Source of the DNA: Coniocarpon cinnabarinum
Lineage: Eukaryota
Assembly: GCA_051942205.1 (NCBI GenBank)
Contig: JAVECO010000175.1
Location: 1-46,882, forward strand
Length of the DNA stretch: 46,882 nucleotides
Reading direction: 5' to 3'
This document shows, piece after piece, positions 36,540 through 46,882 of the stretch (within the stretch, counting starts at the first letter, position 1; every line of letters begins with the position of its first letter). The position numbers were made by a program, and so were the translations under genes. The notes below the pieces were generated by a model. That model saw only the letters and a list, made by a program, of their open reading frames with translations, was not told where the DNA came from and did no database searches.

Positions 36540-39338
36540 CTATGTATTTTCCGTCACACCATCCAAAGCGCCCTCAATAAGCTTAGAGCACACGCCGAGT
36601 CCGAAGAAACTCGATGCTTCACTCTCGTGCGAGGTTTCATCCTCGCGTGGTTCGGCAACATTACTGCCCGCTATCTCGCTTGTTGCGATGTCAGCGTGAT
36701 CATCTTCAACGGCCGCGTGCTCGTCGCCCAAATCCTCCTGGGTAGCTGCGGCCTCCTGCTTTTCTGGCATGTTTAACTTCTCTTTACCGTTGACCTGATC
36801 ATCGAACTCTTCGGGCTTTGAACGCTCCTGGACGTGGGCTTCCTCATCCGGACTTGTGTCTGTAACCGGAGTCTCCTCTGCCGCTGCCGCATGCTCGGTG
36901 CTTGAAAGCGGCTTGTCTTCCGCTGTTGCTATTGACGCTGGCGCCAGCGCTAGCGACTCATCCTGCGCATCCGGTGCAATATGAGCACCTGGCGTCACAG
37001 CAATTGCTGTCGCAGGCAGTGACGCTGACAGCTGAGTCAAAGTCGCGGGTAGTTGCGCCTGGGGAGAAGCCAGCATGAAAGGAACTTCGTGCGACAGTGC
37101 AATTTCAGATGCTGGTGTGGTAGTGACAGCCAGCTGCACTGGAGCTATGTCTTTGGTTTTGGTGCCGAACACATCGAAAAAGGAAATGTAAGCTGCAAGT
37201 GCCAGAGTGAGCAAAGGCAAAAAGAGGTGTTGGTGTTTCTGCAGCTGGCACCGAAAGTAATTGCCCAAAAGCGTGGACAGCGGCAGCTGACGTGTTGTGG
37301 GAGTGTCGTTGAGAAAGTCCGGCACAGAAGGACGTCGACACTGAGAAGTTGGCTTTGGGGTTTGTGAGGGCAAAATAGGATCGGCAGACTCATCGGTCGG
37401 GCATGGTGCCAACGGCGAAAGAATATGCAGATCAGACGATGACTGGCGTGCTTTCACTGGTGTTGCTGGCGGCGCAAACATTTCCAGAGATCGACTGTGG
37501 TCGTCCACTGGCTGCTGGATGGACACGGGCAATTCGGGTCGTACCTCATTCCCCTGTAACGGTGCAGATGTCGTTGTGGCTTGCACAGGTAGGTCCTCGG
37601 GTGCCTCGACTTGTTGCGTATCATTGCTATTCTCTGCGCTGGGAGTAATGGTTGTTGCCTCCCCCTGAGAGGAGCTGATCCGTGACGGTAGAATTGGTGT
37701 CCTGGCAACTGCATATGCTCCTTGGTCGACTGGTCCATCGGGCGACAGTGGTTCCTCAATTTCCGTGGACATTGCTTCCCTCCGCATGTCGTGCGCCGAC
37801 CTCGGGCTTTCTAGCTCATGCACCCTTCTCTCGGCCTCTGCCTCCTCAAGCTCTTTCTTCAGGACCCATTCGTCCAGCCTTACCCCTAAGCCAGCGTCAT
37901 CAGGGCCCAACCACACTCCCACTTCGACATCCACTCTCTCCATCTCTCTCCAGGCAGCTGACCAAGCGCCAGCTCGCATAAGCCCATTCGCAGCGTAAAT
38001 TCGGATTTCCCATCGGCGGTGCTTCTCTTGCTCCTCTTCGTTAAGAAGGTTGTGTGCGAGGTGGCCTGTACAGCTAGGACAACCTGCCTTAACCTCTTCG
38101 CCCTCAGCTTTGCTATGGTTATCAGGTTGCGCAAAAGCAACATCGGAAGAGCGCCGAAAGTGCCCACAGGCTCCGATTCGCGGCTTTCTCAACTCTAGCG
38201 ACTCTAGGACGCGATCTTCAAGGAGTTCGAGGTCTTCCCCCGGATGTTGAATGAGCACACCTCTTTCAAGGATAGTCGGATCCAGCTTCCGGCGAAGGAG
38301 CGCTGCATCGTTCTTAACGCGGTCAGACGCACCAGCACCTTCAAGAGCTTCGGGCGAATGGCCAGCAGGTTCATTCATGAGATGGAGTGTGCAATGCAAC
38401 AGAACGAGAGGAAACTCCTGGTTGGGCTTGGCTGCTTCCGCGCTTTCCAGATTCGCTCTCATGCGTCTAGTTGGTGTGCCGTCACGACTATGCGTTACGA
38501 AAGGTGAGTCGGACCTTTTGACGCGCATTGGAGTCGAACGCTTCTGCTTGGCTGACATCGGTGACCCACGCAGTGGTGGCGGACTGCGTAGCTGCATAGC
38601 ACGAATATCCGAGGGGCTGCGATAATGTGGGCGCGACTCATGCCTAACGCCTGAATTCGAGCGCGAATGGTGAGGTCCGTACGGCAGCGATCTGTTCGGC
38701 GTGTTGTATATGGATCTTGGGTCGTATGCGAGCTTTGGCGATCGGCCTGGCAGAGAGCTCCGGTAGTAGTCCAATTCGTCAGGTAAGGTTGATACGCTTT
38801 CTGAAACCTTTCGGCTGTCATATCCGTACTTGACCAGTGTGCCCCCCAGCGCAGGGCGCCTGTCATTCTCGTCTCTCGTCGACCCTGGTTCTGGAGCAAC
38901 ATACCCAAGGTGTGGGTCGACTTGATCGTCTATGTATGCGCGAGAGGTGGTGCTGAAGCTCTCACTAGCTTTGTGGCTCGCGTGTGTGTTTTCTATGGAT
39001 TTGAGTGGCCTATCTTGTGGCGGAAGGCGTAGTGAATGTGACTGCGGCTTGACATCATTGAAGGGGTCAACATGACCAAGAGAAGATGGAGACAGGGAGT
39101 TGTCCAGAGAATCGGTCTCGTCATCATTCGTCGACACAATCAAGTCTTCGTCGTCCACAAAGTAGTGATCGCGGTGCTCGGACGCTTCGTCGGACTCGTA
39201 ACTGTTCGTCCGCTTTAAGGCTTGGGCTGAATGCGTATCCTCCTCGTCTGAGGATGCGTGTTCATATCCTCGCGAGACTTCTCTTCTCCCATCTTCAAAG
39301 ATGGCAATCGGAGTGCGCCGGCTCCTTGACGGCGCCAT
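36540..39338 (-). CDS. Uncharacterised fungal protein, 932 aa, with conserved-looking central domain and one predicted TM helix
   Basis: Long intronless ORF. Ordered core PLVLLHCTL..LERGVLIQHP..LLEDRVLESLEL..CGHF..CPSC..RRWEIRIYAANGLMRAGAWSAAWREMERVDVEV; hydrophobic LFLPLLTLALAAYISFF. Confidence 0.85.
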   Translation of the reverse strand: MAPSRSRRTPIAIFEDGRREVSRGYEHASSDEEDTHSAQALKRTNSYESDEASEHRDHYFVDDEDLIVSTNDDETDSLDNSLSPSSLGHVDPFNDVKPQSHSLRLPPQDRPLKSIENTHASHKASESFSTTSRAYIDDQVDPHLGYVAPEPGSTRDENDRRPALGGTLVKYGYDSRKVSESVSTLPDELDYYRSSLPGRSPKLAYDPRSIYNTPNRSLPYGPHHSRSNSGVRHESRPHYRSPSDIRAMQLRSPPPLRGSPMSAKQKRSTPMRVKRSDSPFVTHSRDGTPTRRMRANLESAEAAKPNQEFPLVLLHCTLHLMNEPAGHSPEALEGAGASDRVKNDAALLRRKLDPTILERGVLIQHPGEDLELLEDRVLESLELRKPRIGACGHFRRSSDVAFAQPDNHSKAEGEEVKAGCPSCTGHLAHNLLNEEEQEKHRRWEIRIYAANGLMRAGAWSAAWREMERVDVEVGVWLGPDDAGLGVRLDEWVLKKELEEAEAERRVHELESPRSAHDMRREAMSTEIEEPLSPDGPVDQGAYAVARTPILPSRISSSQGEATTITPSAENSNDTQQVEAPEDLPVQATTTSAPLQGNEVRPELPVSIQQPVDDHSRSLEMFAPPATPVKARQSSSDLHILSPLAPCPTDESADPILPSQTPKPTSQCRRPSVPDFLNDTPTTRQLPLSTLLGNYFRCQLQKHQHLFLPLLTLALAAYISFFDVFGTKTKDIAPVQLAVTTTPASEIALSHEVPFMLASPQAQLPATLTQLSASLPATAIAVTPGAHIAPDAQDESLALAPASIATAEDKPLSSTEHAAAAEETPVTDTSPDEEAHVQERSKPEEFDDQVNGKEKLNMPEKQEAAATQEDLGDEHAAVEDDHADIATSEIAGSNVAEPREDETSHESEASSFFGLGVCSKLIEGALDGVTENT

Positions 39339-40435
39339 GGGCTGTGAAGTGCATTCCCCAGGATCGAGGAATGCAGCTAGTCCAATCGTCCAAAAAGTGT
39401 GTTTACTCGGTTGTCACGACAACACTTGTTACTGGGCAGGGTGTTTGAAGTTTCATGTTCACTCCGTCCGAGTATAAGCATCTCGGACACAGCAACGGAT
39501 CCATCGACAATACCCTGTAGTGCTTATGCGTCTAAGATGCATTGTTTCCTGGATCCTATTATTCCTGGGTGTGCAGCGGAAGAACCGAGATGCCACGCAG
39601 ATCAAGTGCTTCGAATTACCGAATGCGAGAGCACGATTGTGCAAAAGCACTGGCAATTGGCAACGTGCGATTTGGTATTCAATGCGGTGATACAATAGAA
39701 GCTCGTAAAAATGACCTCAGCCTAATCTGGACGAGCGAAAAATGGTTGCTTGATCGTTGCTCTCACCTCCGGACGTTGCACTGTCGTCTCTTATGCTGAT
39801 GCTACGAAGCGGAAAATCAAACAGCAGCCGGGAGTCTCACTGCGATGGTTCATACTGAGCATCTCAATTCGCTGCATATCGCTGCTGTAGGCAACTGGAC
39901 AAAATCAGAGCATAGCATGAAAGGGAGTTACCGGCCAGATTGGCAGCTAAACAAAAGTATTTGAGACCGTGTCGAGGCCATATTATGACTGCTGAATCAA
40001 TCTCTTGAATCAGTGCGATGTATGCCTACCTAGGATCTGAGCTCAGTCTAATTCGAATATGCTTAGGACAGCTTGATGGTCGCTTTACTGAAAGGCTCCG
40101 TCTGGGCAGACAACATTGAGGCGCAGCAACACGTGATATGGAGTGACTCCGACGGTCCCGCCCGAGCTAGTGCAGTCCAGATCGCGGCCACTCAGATGCG
40201 CTAAACCCATCACAGACGACAGCTGTCAATGGTCAGACAAAGGGACTCATCCAACGCAGATCTTCCCTTCTGCGACCAGTCCAGCTTCCGCAGATCGCGC
40301 AGGTTTCCGCGAGTCTAGTGCCTGCGCGCTGCAGTATAACAATGGCTCCTCCCATAATGACTTTGCTGATTTCTGGATTTGACTCTTCAGCTCATCCACA
40401 CAGCGTCTTGCTTTTGTTCTCTGCCAGTTTCACAC

Positions 40436-40734
40436 ATGATGTCTGACAATACCCTGCTCGAGCGCGTTCAGACCACACCAGACTCCCTGCCCGCGGCTTC
40501 GCAACCGCTCTCAGAAGTCTCTTCACGATCTTCTGAGGAGTCTCAGGCTGGATCTACCGTATGTTCTTCGATCCGTGCGGTGTAGGTACGATGCATTCCG
40601 CTAACTAACGGCTCAAGAGCTCTCCCAAGACACCCGACAAAGAGCCAAGCCCCGCCGAGAAGACCGCTTGGAAAGCAGTCAAGAACTTGACAGGCATCCA
40701 GAGCTGTGGCACTTCATCGCTCACCGATCGATAA
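40436..40734 (+). CDS. Candidate 79-aa spliced microprotein; join(40436..40558,40618..40734)
   Basis: CACACATG start; 59-nt intron GTATGT...GCTAAC...AAG in phase 0; product MMSDNTLLERVQTTPDSLPAASQPLSEVSSRSSEESQAGSTSSPKTPDKEPSPAEKTAWKAVKNLTGIQSCGTSSLTDR. No recognisable family. Confidence 0.45.
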
Positions 40735-41712
40735 CTGCTTTGCAAACCGCGATGCCCTAGCGGTACCCTCAGCAGTGCGCGCCTCGGTGCCAAACAGTCT
40801 TGCTTCTTTCTAAAGCTCCAGACGACGTTTTGTCATCGCCATAGCTACTTACGCTGGCTGATGCATACAGAGCAAGTCCGTTAATGTGGAGTGTATGGCA
40901 TCTTCAGCCAATAGGTCTCACGCCAGAAACAAACCGTGGAAAAGGCCTGAATCGTTGGTTCTAGAAAGGCTATTCCAGGATGATGACAGGAAGAGTTCGG
41001 GTATCCCAAGCTGTCAAAGAGATTAACTCACATACGATACATTCACACCAGGACTTCTGCGTGCATGAACCTTGTCTTTTATTTGCTCTGTATTTGTCTT
41101 ATGGTCGAATTCAATGTGTTGTATGCTTCATGCATGGCGCCAAAACAGCAACTGTCATAGTTGTTGAGTCGGATCAGACAGCAATTATTGCAATCGACGC
41201 TTTACGAACGCATGGTACTGGCTTCGCAATGTCGACATTCTTACTTATTGTTCCCTTGCCGCATGTAGAATTACAACACTACTTGCTGGATGCTGGCATT
41301 GACGCTATTTTCTGAGGAACGTGATATGACCATCAGACAAGAACTCGAAAAATGATGCCTCATTTGAATTGACAAGGAAGACATGCTAAGACGAGTTAAA
41401 TTAAGTTTGTGACGCATCGAAACATGTATGCACTGACACCGTCCATCAGTAGAGTTCTGCTTTAGATAATAACATCCGAGCTGCTGAAACAAGGTTGCCA
41501 TCGAAAAAGTACACCTGACAGGAGTCAGTATCTTGCGAAGGCACCTTCTGAAAATCACCGGTCACGAGTGGCACTTGCTGTCACTGGCTTTCACATCAGT
41601 GGTTACGCTGATGCATTCCGCTTGGCAAATTGTCAAAACCTATGCTCTTCTTTATTTCTCTTGAATTGTAATAAGACAGTTGCAATATACTGGATGTCAC
41701 TGCCCTTTCTAC

Positions 41713-42936
41713 ATGAACCAAACGGCATACTCTACACCTGCAGACACAACCACTCCACAGGCACCAGCGGCCGAGAAGGCGCGCTCACTCTTCGCTATAA
41801 CGATCGCATGCACAGTCCTTAGTGGCGTTGCCAGTTGTCTGCGTGTCTTTGCGAAAAGATTACGACACCACAGTCTCACGATCGCAGATCATGTTACATT
41901 TGCAGCCGTTCTAGCACTTTGGGTTCTAGCCGCATTGACCCTGTTACAAATTTATCTGGGAGGGATTGGCCACCACGCCAGTACCGTCTATCCCGGACGA
42001 ATTACAACGTCGTTGAAACTTCTAGTGCCAATGCAACTCTCCTTCGCAGCATCCCTCGGCTTGACTAAGTTCGCGGTCTGCATCTTCTATGTCAGCATCT
42101 TCGACACAAAGAGATTCAGGTGCGCGTACCATCGCTCTATCCTCTACTTGACGCTGACAAGAATAAAGACAACTGGCGCTCGGTGCAGCGATACTAACGC
42201 TGTCGTGGATGATTATGTGCTTTCTACTCGTCTTCTGCATGTGCCGACCTTTCAATAGAAATTGGAACTCAACACCCGCTGAGCGCAGACATTGTGGAAA
42301 CCGCCAGGCGTCTTGGATCGCTATCGGAGCAACTGATCTTCTCGTGGACGTGGTCATCTTAATTTTACCACTGCCTGTAACAATGATGTTGAAGATGCGA
42401 ATGGCTGCGGTATGTGGGACCAGAGCATTCTTTACGTTTAGCTGACATTGAGATAGAGGATAGGGTTGGCAATCATCTTCTCGATGGGTATCATGACTGT
42501 CGTCATCAGCGCCATCCGGATCCACGCCCTCTTTCACGTCGACCCCAGCGACTACACCTATAGCGCAGCCGACTCCTTCATGTGGTACATGATCGAGCCG
42601 ACAGTAGCCTTGTTCGTGGCGTGTACACCAATGTACAGATCGCTCTTTGGAGACCTTTTCAAGCTCTACTCGAATAGTCAACATTCACATCAAAAGGCAT
42701 TGGTGGCCAACAACCAGTCCTCTGGTGCAACCCCAGTCGGTCAAAATTCCTCAGGGCAAGGGTCCAACGGCAACCGCTCAGGCCATCCAACAAAGGAGGA
42801 AGTTGGACTGCGAGATTTGAAAGGACAATCGAGCACGATTGTACGTCCTGGCTATGATCGAGCGGATCAAAGTGAAGATGCAGATAAAATTGAGCGTGAG
42901 ATGCAGGGTCGGTCTGCTTCTGGATATACACCTTGA
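41713..42936 (+). CDS. Pth11-like integral membrane protein (fungal rhodopsin-domain GPCR-like, no CFEM), 375 aa; join(41713..42119,42169..42409,42457..42936)
   Basis: LRVFAK..LTIADH; GGIGHH; LTKFAVCIFY; CRPFNRNW; TDLLVDVVILILPLP; RIGLAIIFSMG; SAIRI; WYMIEPTVALFVACTP. Introns 42120-42168 and 42410-42456. Confidence 0.88.
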
Positions 42937-43220
42937 ACCGAGTTCTTTGAAAATCACACGATGGTCACAACTTCTAAAAAGCCGTAATAACTTGTAGCTG
43001 CGTCAATCACCCTCGGAGAATTATGTCATGAGGCATGCATATAGAACGAGTGAACGCTTTGCTTTGAGTGTGGGACTTCTTCAGGTGTTGAGGTGACTAT
43101 TATAGGGCAAGTCACAGGTCGCATGTTCTGGCGATCATCGACGTGAGTGGAGACGTTGATGGCAAAGAATCCAATTTGCCTACGTTTTAGGCTTTGCCAA
43201 GACCGGCTCCGAGACTATCC

Positions 43221-43271
43221 GCCATGGCGCCACGCCGCCATGGCGCCACGCCGCCACGCCGCCACGCCGCC
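43221..43271 (+). repeat. GC-rich 8-bp-period tandem array: (GCCATGGC GCCACGCC)2 (GCCACGCC)2 GCC
   Basis: Read directly from the sequence. Confidence 0.85.
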
Positions 43272-44029
43272 GGGACAAGAGCGGAGCCACGAACGCCATT
43301 GAGGCGGACTTGGCACTCGTGGGTTGCCCGTACTATAGAAAGCCGCACCTTTTCTTCATGGATTGAGGCCTGCAGTCCACAACGCAGTGCTTCGTGAATT
43401 GCATGAGTGTTCTGGTTCAAGGCGCCCCTTCTGAAGTTTGGCCTTATGCCATGCTTGAAGCTCTCTCCTGACTCGGTACACTGGTGACTGGACACGACTG
43501 GGGTCGCAAAAGCAGGTGGCAGGGCTCCGGAATATAATTAATCCGAGCGGATCTCTCACCTCTTTAGGCTGAACAAATCCAGCGTACGCATGCTAAGAGC
43601 TGGTTGTAGCTGTTACGTTCACGGCGTGTTGTATCTCTAAATCCTATGTGGGTTGACCTAAGAGGTGATGAGAAGCGTGGCCGTGATGTGAGCGAACGCT
43701 CTCCTCGCCAAGAAGTCAAGTCTTGCGAGCTTTTGTGACTTCTGTGACCCAGCATTCAGTGTTTAATCCTTTGTTCTCCATCTGTCGTCGCCTTCCTATG
43801 GTCTCGCAAGTGTCAGACCAGCTTTTTTCGAGCTTGGAATGAATCCTTATCCGTCATCTGCCTCTGTAGACGGTTGCGAAACCAAGGTGTGGAACTATGC
43901 GCGAGACCCTCGCGTCATGGGCGCCACTTGGTATAAGAGAATCGTGACAAAGGTCTGACGTATGCAATGATTCTATAACACGTAATTCAAGTTCAGTCAT
44001 TCTTAGCCAAGCGACTTCTATGTCTAAGC

Positions 44030-46882
44030 ACTATAGTACTATCTATAATTTATATTATTTTTCTTACTAGGTCTCTTATTTCTTGTTTATAATATTTTTA
44101 TACTAATAAAAGTACTAGGCATAGCTTTAATAATAGTATTATTATTAAATAACCTAGAATAAATTAGTATTCTACTATTAGAAATCTAAAATTATATTTA
44201 TAAAAATACTATATACTAGCTAAATTAACCTTAGTCCTATTTATATAGTAGGTTTACTTTTATAATTTTATACGCTAACTAGTTTTTTTATAATAAAGTT
44301 ATATACTTTTTATATAAGAGCTAGACTTTAATATTTACTTATAACCTAAGACTATATATAATACTTACTAATTGTTCTAATAGCTACATTCTTTAGTTTA
44401 GAGTACGCGTTAATTATCTAAGCTATAAAGACTTCTATCTTATAAGGTTAGCTAGACAGAGGCAATAGTAATTATATACTAGGCTAGAAAAGTAGTAGTA
44501 AAAAGAATAGATTCAATTCTTTAGTATTATGTCTAGCTAAACAAAGGCTTAAGCTATGTTCTTCTATCTTTATCTAATAGGAAGAAAGCTAATAAGTAAC
44601 TATACTAGATAGGCTCTAATAAGAGGCTTAATAGATAAGAAATAAGAAATATAACTTAAGTATTAGAAAAATAAAGTAGATTCTAAACTTATTATAAGTT
44701 AATAGACTAAAGACTATTTATAAGAAAGAGTTATTAGTTTAACTATATAAACTAAAATATATATAGATATACTACTAGTAGCTACTTTAAAATAGATAGC
44801 TACTAGTAAGTAAGATAGCTACTATAAATATATAGCTACTTAGTTAAGTATTCTATATAGTAAGTATCTATTATTATTTAACTTATTATATAAGGTAGGT
44901 ATACTATTAGTCTTAATATTTTAATTATATATTATAGTTTAGCTTATTCTTAGCTCTTTAAAAGACTAATATAAGACTAATATAAGACTAAAGTATAATA
45001 TAATTCTTTTTTTTTAAGTTAAGTTATTTTAGCTTAATAAGAATTTTTAAAATTATACTTTTTTTTATTATTTATTTTTAATTTTATCTTTTTTTAATAA
45101 GTAGCTATAAGTTATTTTTAAAAGCCTAAGTTATTAGCTAACTATAGATAGATATAGTTATTTTTATTAACTTATATAGATTTAAAATACTTTTTTACTT
45201 ATAATATTTATAAGTAAAGGCTAGTTATTAAATTTAACCTAATAGTTATATTTATACTTAGTATACTTATCTAAAAAAAATATATAAGATTTATTTATTA
45301 TTAAAAGAAGGTATATATTATTTTTAATACTTCTAGACTTTAGCTAATTAGGTATAGTTAAATCTATTTAAATAAAGTATTAAAAGGTTTTAAATTATTT
45401 TTAATAAGTAAAAAAAAGGTTAAAGAAAAGTTATTCTTTAGTTATTAAAAAGAAAAAGGCTATTAAGGCTCTTTAAAATAAGTATAATATACTATATACT
45501 TCTACTAAGAATAAAAGCTAAGTTAAAATAATACTCTTAAAAAAAAGAATAGTTAGCTATTATATTAAGTAGTAATATAGTTATAGTAAATAGTAGTCTA
45601 TAGGTTAATTTTTTAGTAGAGTCTTATTCTAAGCTTAGTAGTAGTCTAGTATTTTAGTAGTCTAAAGAATATATATTAGGTAACTAATATTATACTATTA
45701 TATTTAGTTTATTATTTTTATTTTTACTTTAATTCTAATATTCTATATTAGGGTTAGAGCTAGAATAGAACTATACTATAGTTAGTAATAATATAAGATA
45801 AGTTAATTTAACTTATTATATTTATAAATTTAACTCTTATAAGTAGATATTATTATAATACCTTATTACTACTTATTAGAGGTAGAGTATTATATTAGTT
45901 TTTATTAAACTATTAAATTTTATTATTATAGTTTATTAGGTTTATTTTAGGTTTTTAGGTATTATCTTTTTAACTAAATCCTATCTATTTAATAAGGTAC
46001 TATTTTTTATTTTTTTATATATATTATATAAGAATTTCTTTAACTTTATATTTATATTCTTAATTAATAAGTTTTAGCTATAGCTTTTAAGGTTTATTAG
46101 ACTATACTAGTTTAAGTAATACTATATAAAATATTAGATATATCTTCTATTAAAAAAAAAGCTTAAGTTTATAATTTAGCTAACTAAATTTCTTTTTAAT
46201 CTAGAATAGTCTAGCTTTTATAAAATCTAGTTTTTTTATTAGTCTATTAGTTTTTAAGTTTTTTATAAGTAGGTATACTTTACCTTTTAAGAAAGAAGGT
46301 AGAGTATTCTTTTAACTTATAAAATAAAATATTTATTTTTAGATAAAGTATAGATTATCTTAAAGCTACTTTTAAAGTTATATTAAGTTCTTTAATCTTT
46401 CTAATACTATCTTATTTTTTTTAATTTACTTAAGTTATTAGTTTAAAATTAGCTTATAGCTAAAGAGGCTTAAAAATAGGCTTTATATAGTATTTTCTTT
46501 TCTTATTTTATAAGCTAGTATAGCTATTAAAAGTAATTTTATTTACTTATCTTAATTATAGTTAATATAAATTTATAGGTACTATTTTAAAGTTTAATTT
46601 ATTCTTTTTATCTAGCTATTAGTTTATAGGTAAAATACTATAGATATTTTAATCTTAATACTTAAGGTTAATATAATTATTTACTAGTAGGTAGAAATAA
46701 ACTTTTAATCTTTATTAAATATAATTATTTTTAAAGTTCTATAAATTAACTAAATTTTTTTAAGGTTTATATTTATAAGGTTCTTTATAGTTAATACTTT
46801 ATTTATTAAAATAAAGTATATAAATTTTATATATTTATCTACTACTATATAGATAATATTAAAGTTTCTTAAAATAGATAAC
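44030..46882. mobile_element. AT-rich, RIP-degenerated repeat (probable transposon relic; family unidentifiable)
   Basis: Abrupt shift to roughly 80% AT, very high TpA, near absence of CpA/TpG and CpG, and no ORFs in the track. This is the classical outcome of repeat-induced point mutation. Confidence 0.8.
44962..44994 (+). repeat. 11-bp tandem repeat AAGACTAATAT x2 + AAGACTAAAGT inside the RIP block
   Basis: Read directly from the sequence. Confidence 0.75.

Noticed and set aside
44029..44042. CACTATAGT at the RIP boundary as a CACTA end or a RIP-mutated TA+CAGT transposon terminus
   Set aside because: No matching inverted repeat can be identified in the window, and the motif is too short to support.
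45748..45759. TTAGGGTTAGAG telomere-like motif
   Set aside because: Only one perfect unit inside AT-rich DNA; not an array.
1..46882. CRISPR arrays, prokaryotic operons, rRNA, secondary-metabolite core genes, Starship captain recombinase
   Set aside because: None seen: no repeat-spacer arrays and no PKS/NRPS or tyrosine-recombinase motifs in any ORF.

Overview
Eukaryotic genomic DNA from a filamentous ascomycete (Pezizomycotina-type genes; short GT..AG introns with CTRAY branch points, so the six-frame ORF track misses several exons). Positions ~330-43,000 are a gene-rich block in which I can build 12 gene models: an F-box protein, transportin/Kap104, an Upc2-like Zn2Cys6 factor, a UCH37-type deubiquitinase, the mitochondrial phosphate carrier, a membrane-anchored phytase-like histidine acid phosphatase, a ~1.8-kaa DH/PH-like protein, an EBP-family protein, Swc5, a BrlA/Msn2-like C2H2 factor, a 932-aa uncharacterised membrane protein and a Pth11-like receptor. 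There is also a tRNA-Lys(CTT) and a candidate spliced 79-aa microprotein. From ~44,030 to the end is a roughly 80% AT, TpA-rich block with a RIP signature. The first ~200 nt are ~76% GC and read like the tail of a bacterial alpha/beta-hydrolase (chimera or HGT). I see no clearly novel multi-gene system. The best leads are the bacterial-like fragment, a divergent phosphate carrier/phytase pair with PHO-type boxes in the shared promoter, a possible intron-retention switch in the Zn2Cys6 tail, and the microprotein. All intron coordinates were inferred by eye and no database searches were run.
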